DNA from: Phoronis australis
Taxonomy: Eukaryota; Animalia; Phoronida
Assembly (NCBI GenBank): GCA_002633005.1
Contig: NMRA01000229.1
Span: forward strand, 107,371 to 171,370
Direction: 5' to 3'
DNA length: 64,000 nt
The notes below the pieces were generated by a model. That model had not been told where the DNA came from. It worked only from the letters and a program-made list of their open reading frames with translations, and ran no database searches. Positions within the stretch are counted from its first letter, which is position 1, and each line of letters opens with the position of its first letter. The position numbers and the translations under genes are program-made. Positions 26,501 to 37,900 of the stretch are shown piece after piece.

Positions 26501-29293
26501 GAAAATAAAAAAATGTCCCCTTGTATAAAACGTCCTACTTTCATTTATTTGAACACGGGCATCCAGGTAATGGCCATTAAAGCCTGCATTCAAACATTTA
26601 TAGGCGGGACTTTCTTTACAGAACAATAATCTTGTTACAGAGGTTGGTGATATAGTGAGGTGTTTTGGTGAGAGTTTGTAATATGTAAAAATGCAATAGT
26701 CGCGTACAACGTGCCACTTCCCGTATTTTGGGAACCAATTTGAGGCCCGTTATTCAGTGGAAAAAACTGGTTCTCAAAATTCGGGCACGTTATATCTGAC
26801 CGTTACCACAGAATTTACAAGCAAAATTAGAATTTTACATAATGGCAGCGTTAATTTGCATAACAATGCTCCTAGCTGTCACACTGGACACACGCTATGT
26901 CTCGTCTCCCGACGGTTGTCACTGCATGTGGTCTCGTCACCCGACGGTTGTCACTGAATGTAGTCTCGTCACCCGACGGTTGTCACTGAATGTAGTCTCG
27001 TCTCCCGACGGTTGTCACTGCATGTAGTGCAGGGCGGGTCCGTTCAAGACCATTTTTTGCACCAACATGGCCAAACAATAACTAGGAAATAAATAGTAGA
27101 CAATACCACCACTTGCTTATGTAGAAAATGACACATTTCGGTCAAAGATTTTGGAATCTCTATGGATCTGTCATGAAAAACCTGTGTTGAAGGAGCAGCT
27201 CACAGGTGCGCACCGCACGTTGGCCTTGTTCCGTTAGGCTTGTGGTCTCCATACCGTGTGATACATTCGCACTTCCTGCTTGCAGGCCCTTCTGCCTGCT
27301 GTCACCGTTTATTTCACTGTTTATTTCGCTGTTTATTTCGCTTCGACGTTCATTTCATCTATTGCCTGATGATGAGACATGTGGTCTCGAAATAGTGCAA
27401 CTATTTCATGCGCGAACCCAGGGGGCTCGGGGGGCTCGAACGAGCCCCCCCCCCATTTAGCGCAGTGGGCAAAAAGCTCCGCCTCTAAGAGTCAAAAAGT
27501 CCGAGAAAATGGAACGAAAGCCCACTGAAGAAGCCCAAACGAGCAATGGTGCTCCTGTTTTTTTAGTCCACCCGCTCTTTTAGCAAAAGGTTCGCAACAT
27601 GAGGAATTCGAATCACCCATATTGAAGGCTGGGTGCGCGCATGTAATTTAACTAACTTGTTTGTCCGTTATGTCTCTTGTTGTTTTGCTTTATAACTGCA
27701 CGCCTGATGATAGGAAATTGTATAGAGGCCATGAGCGAGTACATTAAGATGTCTAACAAAAAGTCCAGTCGTGCCCTCAACCAAGTTTGTGTCAATGAAG
27801 GGCTGCTACCGCACTATTCTGATTTCAAACTTTGACTTTGTCTAGGTTATGCCCCTTCACGGGATCTTTGAAGTCCATCCAGATGAACTTTGGTAGCCGA
27901 AACTTCCGTTTCGTAGAGAAACAGAAGCTGAAAGCTATGTACGGTGCAATAGGAGCTTTTGAAAAATTACTTTCGGATAACCAGATTACCGTGAAATTTT
28001 CTGAAGGTGAGTAGTGGTAACATGACTACAGAGGTACCGGTATTTCCGCTTTGATAGCTTACTAAAACTGCGTTTAAGTTGTTAATCAGATCCACCAAGC
28101 CTGTAGCTGGTCGGTTACTAATTGCATTTGCTGCTTGGAAGTACGTCGGGAACCAGCCTGATATGCCGCGGATTTCATTTTAGGTCCCGAGCTCGACCAT
28201 CAGGGACGAAGATTTCTAAATATGTTCACCATTGGCAGAGTCTAGGACGCCGCGAGGACGTCGAACACAATTAACAAACGAAAACGGTGTTAAGATAACC
28301 CTAAACATGATATGTGGCCGGGTTTTTTCATGTCCAAGCTGCGTCGATTGGTTTGAGTAAGATTTCTGAATGTAAAATTCTGCCAAGAAGTTACTTACAT
28401 GTATATGTGTGTGTGCGTCCCCAGCGTATAAGTACACACCGTTTTGGATACTCGGGACGCAGAAACCGTCATGAGTTTCGTGCGAAAGATTTGACTGGAC
28501 TTCCTGGGCACAAGGTTGAATGGACATTATCAGTTCCTAAATATTCCACATTTCTTTGTCCATGGATTCCAAAATGTGTGATCTCTTGGGCTCATAATTA
28601 CGTAGACCGTACGAATAACCATGACAGGCCTGTCACACGATCGGTGTCGATAGTGAGGCGATAACGGCCGGGGGGTATGCAGGAATGTGGGTGTGTGACT
28701 TTCAAGTACAATCCGGGAAAAACGCGCCATCTCCAGCAAACGTTGATAAGATATCTATCCTACATACGAGCGTTGTCGGTAAACAACGCAACAGCCATTT
28801 AGCGAGTTTCAAGATTTCGCCAGATTCGTTATAAGTATAAAAACACAGAAGAACGGTCTAAACGAAATTTGTTCAGCCCACTTTTCAAATTTCGCTCCCA
28901 TAAGCAGAAATGGTTGTGAGTTGTTAAAAGATGTTCTTTGGCAACAAAACTGATTTACTTCTTTCGAACTGCAATTTGCCTGGTATGGGCTCAGAGAGAG
29001 GTTTTTTGATGTACATGCTATAAGTGAAAATTAACAACCTGTCTACAGTCACAGAGCTTAAGCAGGGCTCGCGTTCATTGGTTAATTTCATTGCAGGTGA
29101 AATGGTGGTTTTTGACAACCAGCGCGTTCTCCACGGCAGAAACTCGTTCACAGCTACAAATCTGGAGAAAGAGGAAGGCACCACCTATCGCTACCTTGCC
29201 GGCGGTTTCATTGGGTGGAAAGACACTTTGTCTCGACTCCGTGTGTTACGTCACAAAGCGGGAAAACTCCGTTCACCATTTCTTCATATTTGA
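18647..29293 (+). CDS. BBOX1: Gamma-butyrobetaine dioxygenase-like (BBOX1 family) Fe(II)/2-oxoglutarate oxygenase, 450 aa, spliced
   Basis: Exons 18647-18729 (or duplicate 19294-19376), 21634-21889, 22265-22465, 23094-23239, 23673-23778, 24535-24737, 27846-28006, 29097-29293; all GT-AG and phase-compatible, 1353 nt in total. Motifs LRDNCSCDSC and WPDGH (Zn site), NFAY, HND (HxD), FDNQRVLHGR, RYLAGGF, SRLRVLR. May be a paralog rather than the strict ortholog. Confidence 0.9.
18917..19270. mobile_element. Right part of a PIF/Harbinger-like MITE inserted at TAA in one allele
   Basis: Ends ...ATATGAAAGGGCCT|TAA where the other copy reads GTC|TAA; left part lost at n18916. Confidence 0.5.
19294..19376 (+). 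CDS. BBOX1: BBOX-like first coding exon, copy 2 (likely the other allele)
   Basis: MARRILPSAVKLARTLRAGSFLKCTTN; same splice sites; part of the 292-bp duplication 18624-18915 / 19271-19562. Confidence 0.7.
20545..20582. repeat. (CA)n microsatellite running into gap 20583-20661
   Basis: Perfect CA run followed by Ns. Confidence 0.95.
21634..21889 (+). CDS. BBOX1: BBOX-like exon (N-terminal Zn-binding domain)
   Basis: ...ARPFTTSVIKR...FPHVFLRDNCSCDSC...HSVQ; tag| and |gtaatt. Confidence 0.9.
22265..22465 (+). CDS. BBOX1: BBOX-like exon
   Basis: LSGDGQSFAVEWPDGHKSVFTSDWLK...LWGKEM...NFNQ; acag| and |gtaata. Confidence 0.9.
22608..23001. mobile_element. TTAA-flanked (Kolobok-like) MITE in BBOX intron
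   Basis: TTAA|AGGGGCATGGAA...TTCTATGCCATT|TTAA. Confidence 0.6.
23094..23239 (+). CDS. BBOX1: BBOX-like exon
   Basis: VITNDGSLEAFLSELVTTGIVVLTDTP...THYG; tcag| and |gtaact. Confidence 0.9.
23673..23778 (+). CDS. BBOX1: BBOX-like exon carrying the HxD iron ligands (absent from ORF track)
   Basis: HIYEVFAKENPSNFAYLSSALPLHNDMVYDDPNPE; gtag| and |gtgaga. Confidence 0.9.
24139..24388. mobile_element. Harbinger-like MITE in BBOX intron
   Basis: TIR GGGTCCCGTTCCAAGAAAACTGACTTA / TAAGTCAGTTTCTTGGAACGGGCCCC. Confidence 0.7.
24535..24737 (+). CDS. BBOX1: BBOX-like exon
   Basis: VQIFHYIKQCHDGGSNTLSDGY...ENPEAYRLL...KPPIE; tcag| and |gtaagt. Confidence 0.9.
26720..26788. mobile_element. ~70-bp hairpin mini-element; related copies at 61549-61623 and 62370-62439
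   Basis: CCCGTATTTTGGGAACCA...TGGTTCTCAAAATTCGGG; the same arms recur twice in PDIA5 introns. Confidence 0.5.
26899..27026. repeat. 32-bp minisatellite, 4 copies
   Basis: GTCTCGTCWCCCGACGGTTGTCACTGMATGTR x4. Confidence 0.9.
27362..27400 (+). ncRNA. Minimal type-I hammerhead-like motif (Penelope-type), possibly degenerate
   Basis: UUGC-CUGAUGA-U-GAGAC(augug)GUCUC-GAAA-UAGU-GCAA. Confidence 0.45.
27407..27643. mobile_element. CATG-ended MITE (family A), reverse orientation
   Basis: TIR CATGCGCGAACCCAG / CTGGGTGCGCGCATG; flanks TATTT / TAATT (4 of 5 match). Confidence 0.75.
27846..28006 (+). CDS. BBOX1: BBOX-like exon
   Basis: LCPFTGSLKSIQMNFGSRN...MYGAIGAFEKLL...KFSEG; ctag| and |gtgagt. 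Confidence 0.85.
29097..29293 (+). CDS. BBOX1: BBOX-like last coding exon (distal His, 2OG-binding Arg residues)
   Basis: EMVVFDNQRVLHGRNSF...YRYLAGGFIGWKDTLSRLRVLR...HI*. Confidence 0.92.
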
Positions 29294-30576
29294 CTACATG
29301 CACGAAAAGTGTTAAAATACCTATGAAGTATAAATAAGTATGCAAAGTAACTGACAGGTGGGCGTGGTGTTCGCAGACACGCCTAATTGATCCCGAGCGT
29401 TGTCGACCTACATCTGATACTTAATTGATGTGCAGTTTCGGTGAATTGTGGCGTCATATAATGGTCTTATCTTGCCTCGTCTTGATTATAGCATTCTTAT
29501 CTTGCCTCGTTTTGATTATAGCAGAATATTTAATTTGCAGAAAAATGTTGTCATCACGTCTACTTATTTTTCTAACACGGATTCTTTATTTAGTCTACAA
29601 AGATCAAAACAAAGGACGTGTGTGTTACTGCATTTAGCATTTTTTTTATTTATCTGTGCACAATTCTCAGTACCTTCAATTTTTTTAATGCATTTATTTT
29701 ATTTACCCACAGGCCAGCTCATCAACACTATACTACTGAGACAACGTCATCCTTCACACACAGCAGTTAGTCTCAAGCCATTTGGTAGATTTACGTGTAC
29801 TAAGCAATGCCAAACATTGTTAACACTGTATTGGCATTAATGTTTCATAATTTTTATTGTTTCGTTAATTTCTGTTATTGATCATTGAAAATGAAAGTTA
29901 TGACCATGAGTGTATCATTTCCAACTGCAATGCAGAGAACTATTTTCGTTATCCACTACGCCAAATAAGCTACACGTACTAACTAGGACCAGGGTTTTGC
30001 GGTCTCAGAACGGGGAATGGGGGTGAAACCTCGAAAATTTTGGCACCCGGTAAGTCTAGGGGGAGTTGGAGAATTTGCCGGGAGCAATTGCAGGCGTGAA
30101 GCCAATTGTGGCGGCCGCGGGGAGCTTAACTCAAAAACTCGGGGCATTCAAGTGATGTGGCTGAGATTTTTCATCTTAGTTGGGTAGACGCCTTCCTGCT
30201 ACCATCTTCAGCGGGACGCAACCATCACTGTGAATGCCCATACTTGTCACGAGCCCTCTCCAGTGGTAGATTGACACCGTTGATCATCGACTCTGGCTGG
30301 CAGTAGATGATGCTGTTGATATTTCGTCCGGACCCCATTCGACGTCGGTACGGTACATGTAAGTTACCGACTCGGCTGCTCCAGCTGTCTCTAGTAGTCT
30401 CTTGGTCGTTGTTGAAAAACCAGAGGCTTTTTAGAAAGCTGGGTAATGTAGCACTGACAAAAGTGATCAGCGCAGAATTGGGTGCACTCGATTGATTTCG
30501 CCGGTTTCTGGCGACAGAACGGGCCGGCATGGCACATTGGCTCTCGATGACGACTTCCGGATTACAAATCAATTAG

Positions 30577-30698
30577 GGTAGAGTTCAGTAACGCTAAGAC
30601 CTCGCTAAAATCTAGTCACAATCACGTGTTCTCATTTAAAATGCATGGCAGTATCTCGAAAAATCTTGAGCCGGGTCCTAGCGTTACTGAACTATCTC
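30577..30698. mobile_element. ~120-bp MITE
   Basis: Inverted AGTTCAGTAACGCTAAGACC (30582-30601) / GGTCCTAGCGTTACTGAACT (30674-30693). Confidence 0.6.
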
Positions 30699-31832
30699 AT
30701 CCGGCGGAAAGTGTTTAGTCAATCAAGTGCAGTCAATATCACAGTTGTTTTCGGTAAAAACATGAGCACGAACTTTAAAATTAGCGCGTAAGTAAATAAA
30801 GACATATTGATGTGAAAGGATCCAACAGGATTCTTAGCATCGGAGTCAAAGAACACTGTTTACAGACACACAGTGCTGTACTCAACCATGCACTCATTGA
30901 CAACTGGTAACACTTTAGATTACCCGGTACTCTAGTGTTCAGATCTTAAGTCAGGGATAATTCTCATAAAGAAGGCTATGCATATCGATATTGATATAGC
31001 TGAACCATGCTGTGCGCTATCTCAGTACTAGCTCAATAAAAAACATTGGTTCATTTGAGCTCCAACTGTTTCGATTTCTGGTCTCGCCCTTCACAATGCA
31101 TTTTGATGCGTAGCCTACCCAATGTACAGTCTGTTCTCCACCTGTGTCGCCTGATTGAATAATGCGAACTTTTGCATTGAGAATGGTTTATAGTGAATAA
31201 ACCGAAACGTCGGATCAATATGTCTCTATTGACGTACGCGCTAATATAAGTTCGTGCAGTGCAGCATCACAACAGCATTGCGAACACCCCTTTCTGACCG
31301 AAGCAACTCAGTCTAAATCTGATGCAGCATGCTTGCGTGTAACAACGTGTGAACTACAAGGCAGAAGCCTACGGTGTGAAGCCAGCTCTTCCAGTGGTGA
31401 AAACAACCGTATCCCAGGTAGAAGGCCAGACAAAAGGCTGGAGACTTTTTGGTTTCTCTTGATAAAAGCAAGATCTCGCAAAACTCTCCAAAATCACGCG
31501 AATGTAAGCCGAACGTTTTGCGAGCCTGTTTCGTATCCCGGTTGTATTAGCAATCTGTAGAAGATAAGTGAATACTTTTCGTCCCGCGTGCACACAGTCC
31601 TCCGGTCTACGCACTTGAACCCTGGGCACACGTCAGCAAAACGCAATATTCGTCCAGGTTAAGACTCGGACGTTTCGATTGAGCTGCGGGGTGCTCAACG
31701 GTAGGCGTATGCTCACTCTCCACAATGCACTGGACTGGTGTTTGTAAATGCTTGGTACTGACACAAACCTTAACATAGACGGTAGACTTGTCTTCGTATT
31801 ATATTGTTTATAGCCGGGATACTTAGAACAAN

Positions 31833-32201
31833 GATCTGTGACATGTATTGAATCATATGGAATTGGTTTTGTATGGTACCTCGAATGTATGTGCTAGCTC
31901 ATTTTTGGGGGGTCCTTTTTGGTTTCTGCCGGACCCATTCCAGAGTGCAATTTGTCTGTCATGGGTCATTCGTTGTTCAGTGCGGTACTATTATTCGTTT
32001 AAAATCAGTTTTAGTTGGTACCTCGAATATCTAGTCTAGCTCATTTTTTGGGCTGTTTGTAAGGCCCCCAGGGGTCACACCCAGAGTGCAGACAACGGCA
32101 GACGTCCATTTCTGTACATACTGAGGTGGACTTTAAATGCTCCCGTGGTCAGATGTTGGTACCTCGTTCATCTATGCTAAGTGCTCTGGGCTTCCGGTCT
32201 A
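31833..32201. mobile_element. Right end of a second copy of the 808-5513 element
   Basis: Aligns with ~5140-5513 and ends CCGGTCTA. The following 414 bp (32202-32615) duplicate 31418-31831, which lacks the element. Confidence 0.8.
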
Positions 32202-32946
32202 GTAGAAGGCCAGACAAAAGGCTGGAGACTTTTTGGTTTCTCTTGATAAAAGCAAGATCTCGCAAAACTCTCCAAAATCACGCGAATGTAAGCCGAACGT
32301 TTTGCGAGCCTGTTTCGTATCCCGGTTGTATTAGCAATCTGTAGAAGATAAGTGAATACTTTTCGTCCCGCGTGCACACAGTCCTCCGGTCTACGCACTT
32401 GAACCCTGGGCACACGTCAGCAAAACGCAATATTCGTCCAGGTTAAGACTCGGACGTTTCGATTGAGCTGCGGGGTGCTCAACGGTAGGCGTATGCTCAC
32501 TCTCCACAATGCACTGGACTGGTGTTTGTAAATGCTTGGTACTGACACAAACCTTAACATAGACGGTAGACTTGTCTTCGTATTATATTGTTTATAGCCG
32601 GGATACTTAGAACAATTCATTATGCATACTGTGTCCAGATCGAATAATGACAAATATCAGCCATGGCGTTTTATGTATTCCTTACAGCCTTTTTAAAATT
32701 ATAAAGTGAAGCCCCCTATCCGGACTGTCGAGTGCTTTTCCATATTAGAAACGCGGCCCATAGTGGGGGCGTGTGTACTTCCATCAATATATTTATGCAC
32801 ATGTTCCGGTAGACAGAATCCTTAAAAAAGAACAAATTTGTGAGGAGCTGGGCAATTACCGCGTTTGCGAGGATATCAGGGCAATAAAACACTGGCTGAT
32901 AGAAACTAAAACGTCTTCAGACGAATGGAGTCTTTGACCTTTTATG

Positions 32947-33069
32947 CATGGGCGGCGCACCACTTTTTTGTGTGCTACGCCGCACATGGTCTATAGGCGG
33001 TGAACCAAGGGGGGGGAGGGGGCTGAGGAGGCTTTAGCCCCCACTTTTTTCAGTTCTGCGCCGCCCATG
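32947..33069. mobile_element. CATG-ended MITE (family B)
   Basis: Perfect 13-bp TIR CATGGGCGGCGCA / TGCGCCGCCCATG; TSD TTATG at 32942-32946 and 33070-33074. Confidence 0.8.
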
Positions 33070-34826
33070 TTATGTTATCCGAGTCTTGCGTTTTTATTTT
33101 TTTGTTTTTTCTGCAATTATGCGATTCTAATAAATCATTATGTGTAGACTAAAACGATCTTTCGATCCGTTTGACTTCTGAATTCTATGTTGGAATCGCT
33201 TTTTCTGAAGAAACACATACTTATAAGCCAAAAAACGATGTCAGCCATTCTGTTTTCTTGATCAAGGGGGGTAACTCTTGAGCTCTAACAAAAGGTCACG
33301 AGAAAGAGCTTGGAAACCCCTTCCGTCGGGAGTTGAAAATGTAGGGGGGTGTTTGTAACGGATTAAGGAAGTCAGTACACTAGTCTTTAACTCGACAGTA
33401 TTTCTGCAGTGCTATAGTGTGATGTAGGCGCACGTAGGCGCAGCCAACCACCTTTTTGGATTTGAACGTAGCACCTACGCACCGTAAGTTACGTTGTGCT
33501 CAAGGTTATACGGTGGGCTTGGGCGCCTACATGTACTTACCTCTTCGCCCTGGAGGCCGGACCTAGGCTAGTTCCTTCTGAGAGTGTAAGCATTGTTCCA
33601 ACAAGGGAAATTGATAAGACACCATAAGAGTATCAACACATGAAAGCAAAAGTCAAGTCTATAAAAGTATATTGAGAAATTTGCGAGATAATTCCACAGT
33701 AGGGGAAACCATACCTTTCATCAATATGAAGACTTTCATTTAATAAATAAAGAATTTGGATTCAGTCAACACATAATTTGACATTGTTTCTTTTTCCAAA
33801 AACAGCAGTAACTCACTCTCTTTTAAAATCTTTGATTTTAAAAATCTCCAAAAATAGCAGACACTGCTTTGGCACATGCGCCTCACAGAACATGTACAAG
33901 TGTTGTATTTCTTTGTATCTGTATTGATTAGCTACACCAACAAGCCAAGATAACCTAATGTCATGTCTCGCAAGTTCAGCGCTTTCACGTAAAATCAAAT
34001 TATTGCAAAGCAAGACCTCACAATGTCACTTTCAGTGAAGCAAGATGTCCAGCACTTCAAACTGATTAGATAGTTAAGTGCTCCACAAGCACAATGCAGA
34101 ATTTCACACCACAAGAATATCACCTACATTGTAGTGACTGGGGTTACTGAACGCCACCCAGGATTACGCAAATAAGAGGTTGTTAATTGGAGGAGATCAT
34201 CAGTCACAAAGCTTTCTTTATTAGCAGCATTGCTGTCATTTTTCAAATGCATTGTGGGACAGTTGTCGGTTCCTGTACATCCAGAGACACCGAAGATAAT
34301 GTGGTTCTCAGCCATGTAAACAATATGAAACAAAGCTGCCTTATAGTCAATTGAACGTATCTGATATTGAAAGCACAAGTCCAATGTAACGTGCTTGTTG
34401 GAGCGTGTGAGCCTAAACAAATTTTAAAAAGGTTTTCTTATAAAAAGATATAATGTACAATAGCAGGGGTTCATCCCAGGAAGGGCTAACAAGCATTACA
34501 TGTATATCTGGCCTACACAATCACGATACAAATGAGTGCAACTGTAATACGCAGTTTAGCGAACACTTTGAAGAAAATTTTCGGGATGCATGCTGAGGCT
34601 GTCACCACAAAAACACAAATTATTAGCACCTCATCAATGTATTCGTGGTGTCACTAGATATATGCTAGTTCATAGCTGTCTCATGATGCATTTGATAAAG
34701 GACACCGCCAACTGAGCATGTTTTTAAAGGGATAGTTAACTTATACTGTCAAGTAAAAAAAAAAACAAATAGCCAACTTCCGTGTTCAGAATTACTAGCC
34801 GAAACATGTACGAAATTGAATGCGTA

Positions 34827-34975
34827 TTATAGCTCCTGTTTGGCTGTAGACTGTTTTTTAAGAAAGCCTATGAAGTCTGCCTTGCTTCTTCCACTGTCAT
34901 AGTCCCGAGGTACCAGACCTTTGCTGAAGTATTTGAATGTAGGGTACCCGCTTACTCCATATTTGGAACAGAGAT
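34827..34975 (-). CDS. PDIA5: PDIA5 last exon with KQEL ER-retention signal
   Basis: DLCSKYGVSGYPTFKYFSKG...DYDSGRSKADFIGFLKKQSTAKQEL*. Confidence 0.9.
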
Positions 34976-37900
34976 CTGCAAGAAAACACGTTTAGTAGGA
35001 ATAGTAATGAAACACTGAGAGCCTAGACAGATAACACTTCTTCACATTCTTTAGGAATATCAAGGAATAAAAACCTACCAGGTCTCACAATCTAATAATG
35101 TATTCTAAATCAAACTCAAAGTAATTTGGCATTTTCAGTACTGACTTAATTAAATCAAATGCAAGATAAAGCAGGACAGAAAATGTCAATGGCAACTTGG
35201 AGTTAGATTTCGAGTACATTAGAATGTGTGCTCAGGCAGAGCAAAGCCCCCCCACACGTTGGATCTAACCCATCATGATTTTATTCTAACAAGGTGAAAT
35301 CCGACTCATATAGGAGGATGCATAAACACCAACAAGTGTACTGTGAAACTGCCCGAGAAAAAGAAATACCAGGACCGAGGACCAAGTCTCCAAACAAAAG
35401 CTATAATCACATAACCAAACGCGTAGCATGGTTCCAGTACATATTCACCAATTTACTCAAAACGAGCCATGCAATAGGTCAGTTTTCGAGTCAAGTTTCG
35501 AGCACCGAGATTAGACCCCAGGCCCTAATTTCTGCGAAATTTTACCTGTGTTCGGTCAGGTTGCGCCAAAATCGTGTGTATTTTCCACGTCTTACATTAC
35601 GCACCTCAAATGCTCATAGAATATTGGTGAACCAAACAGTCATACTATTCTACAAGCTTTCCACCTGGATTTGGTTTCATAACTCTCAGCAGTATGGGCT
35701 ATCCCTAGTAATGAGCCCATCATTTGTGACTGTATTCTTCAACAGTGTACAGTACAAAGGACAAACACCATGTTCTTCACTGCATTGGGTGACTGTCTCT
35801 TACCATACCAGACAAGTTCTAAAACAGGCTACCTAAGTTTCTCGCAAACATGGCACGAATATCACAAAGTAAAGATTTTAAAGTTTCCTCTAAAACAGGC
35901 TTCCTAAAAATGTTTCATGCGAATAAGACATAGTAAAGATTTGAATCAATGAAACTTTAATGTGAGTGTTGAGAGTTTCTCGAAATGGCTGAGAACGCAA
36001 CTTCACCAGGCTACAAACAATAGCACAACTGTCCATTGTTTAATTATCCGACGATTCAAATACGTGACAACTGACCTTTATCAACAGTACAATCCACTGC
36101 CGCTAATGCACTAGATGAGTCTCCGGCCAGCTCATTGGCTGCTTCTGTGAACTCCGGCTTGGCTCTCTTACAGTGGCCACACCCTGTTTATCAAAATGAA
36201 ACAATGAAAAACAATCGGCAACAATTCATCCATAGCTAACAGTTGAACAGAGGGGCAAACGGTTGTAAACATGCTGTTAACGGGACACTATATCACATTA
36301 ACAGCTGAAAAACACATTTTTGGGATTGGTGTTGAATGTTATAGAGATTTTTGGAGTTACAAACTTTGACCAGAACTACAAAATAACAGACATTTGCTGA
36401 ATTCAAGGCCGTGACTTTACCAACTAAGTATGCTGAGTATGCCGCCAGTAAATGCAGCTAAATCAGCAGACGATGCAAGAGTTTTTGGTTCCATTCTGCG
36501 CTGCGGCTGATCTAGGAAAATGATTTTTCTCATCAGTAGAGTTATTTTAAGATGATAATGCATAAAAAGACAAATAAGATAGTAAAGATATATTAAGGTT
36601 ATCTTTTAATCAATGACCTCGACTCAAATATCGAAAAAAATTATGCCTTTTCAACCATTGAAAGTATATATTATTTTCTGCAAGAAGGAAGACTGAGGAT
36701 TCTAAAAAAATGTTTCTTAGTACTGTCTTTAATATTGTTGCATGACCATGTTTTTAAGGCAAATTTTCATGACCAAGAAAGGTAGCAAAATAACCCCCCC
36801 AGCCGATTTTACTTGAACTTTTTTTTAAACGAAAACTTTACATTATGTCTCAAAAATGCTGTTAGGAATTTTCGGTTATTCACTAAGTTCGGGTTTTCTG
36901 CCACATTATCTCGCAAAACAAGGCATTTTTATAAATTAAAAAACAGTGGTCTTATCCGTATATCCCTCAGTATGCGGATAACTAGGCATTTTAAGGAAAA
37001 ATCCTAACAGCGTTTTTACACTGACATAACATAAAGTTTTTAGTAAAATCAGCTGGGGTGTCATTTTGCTATGAAATCTGTACCTTTCTTGCACACAAAA
37101 ATTTGACTTAAAAACGTCGTCATGTGACAATAATAAAGACACAATAATAAGAGGCATATTTTCAGAATCCTTGGCTATTCTCCTTTCAGAAAACGTATAC
37201 TTTTAATGGTTGACGAATCATGTTTTTTTCCATATTTGACTTAAAATTGAAGTCATTTATTAAGGTTCTAGATAACCATAAAACCGAGCTGTACTAAAGA
37301 TAATTATGTGCTGTTTGTCAGCATATCAACAGCCAACTGATGACAAAATAACAGGTGTTTTCATCTAATGAAATGTCTCTTACTGCATTCTGTATCCTTA
37401 AAATTATTCGCCTATCAATACACCCTACAGGCATTTAGAATAGTGGTTCACACGCTTTGGTTAGGTGCATAATCACTCACATGGCGCATAGAACATGACC
37501 AGTACATGGTCTCTGCTGGCCTGGAATGTATCAAAGTTTTCTGAAGTCAGGTGATTCACTGCACTCGGCTCATCACTCCAGCCTGGCTCTTTGGGTTTCG
37601 GGGGTTCCACTGCCTCAGTGGGACTGTAATGAGCAGGACATGAAGGATAATGGCCGAGATGCAACCTTAGAGGCTTCAGGCACTATAAACTGGACATACC
37701 ATTATTGGGAAAGTCTAAGAGCAAGGAAGTGAAAAAAGATAAATGATCACTCTTATCTTAAAATTCAGCCAATCCTTGTAGGCATGAAATCACATCATCT
37801 GGCAGAGCCAAGCGGTTTGCTCAGGAATTCCAACCCAGCTGAATAAGAGTAGTATTCAAAATGGACTACACAGACTGTGACAGAGCTTAGCCAAACATCT

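Noticed and set aside
35294-35836. 180-aa + strand ORF
   Set aside because: Non-ATG start, no recognisable domain, antisense within a PDIA5 intron.
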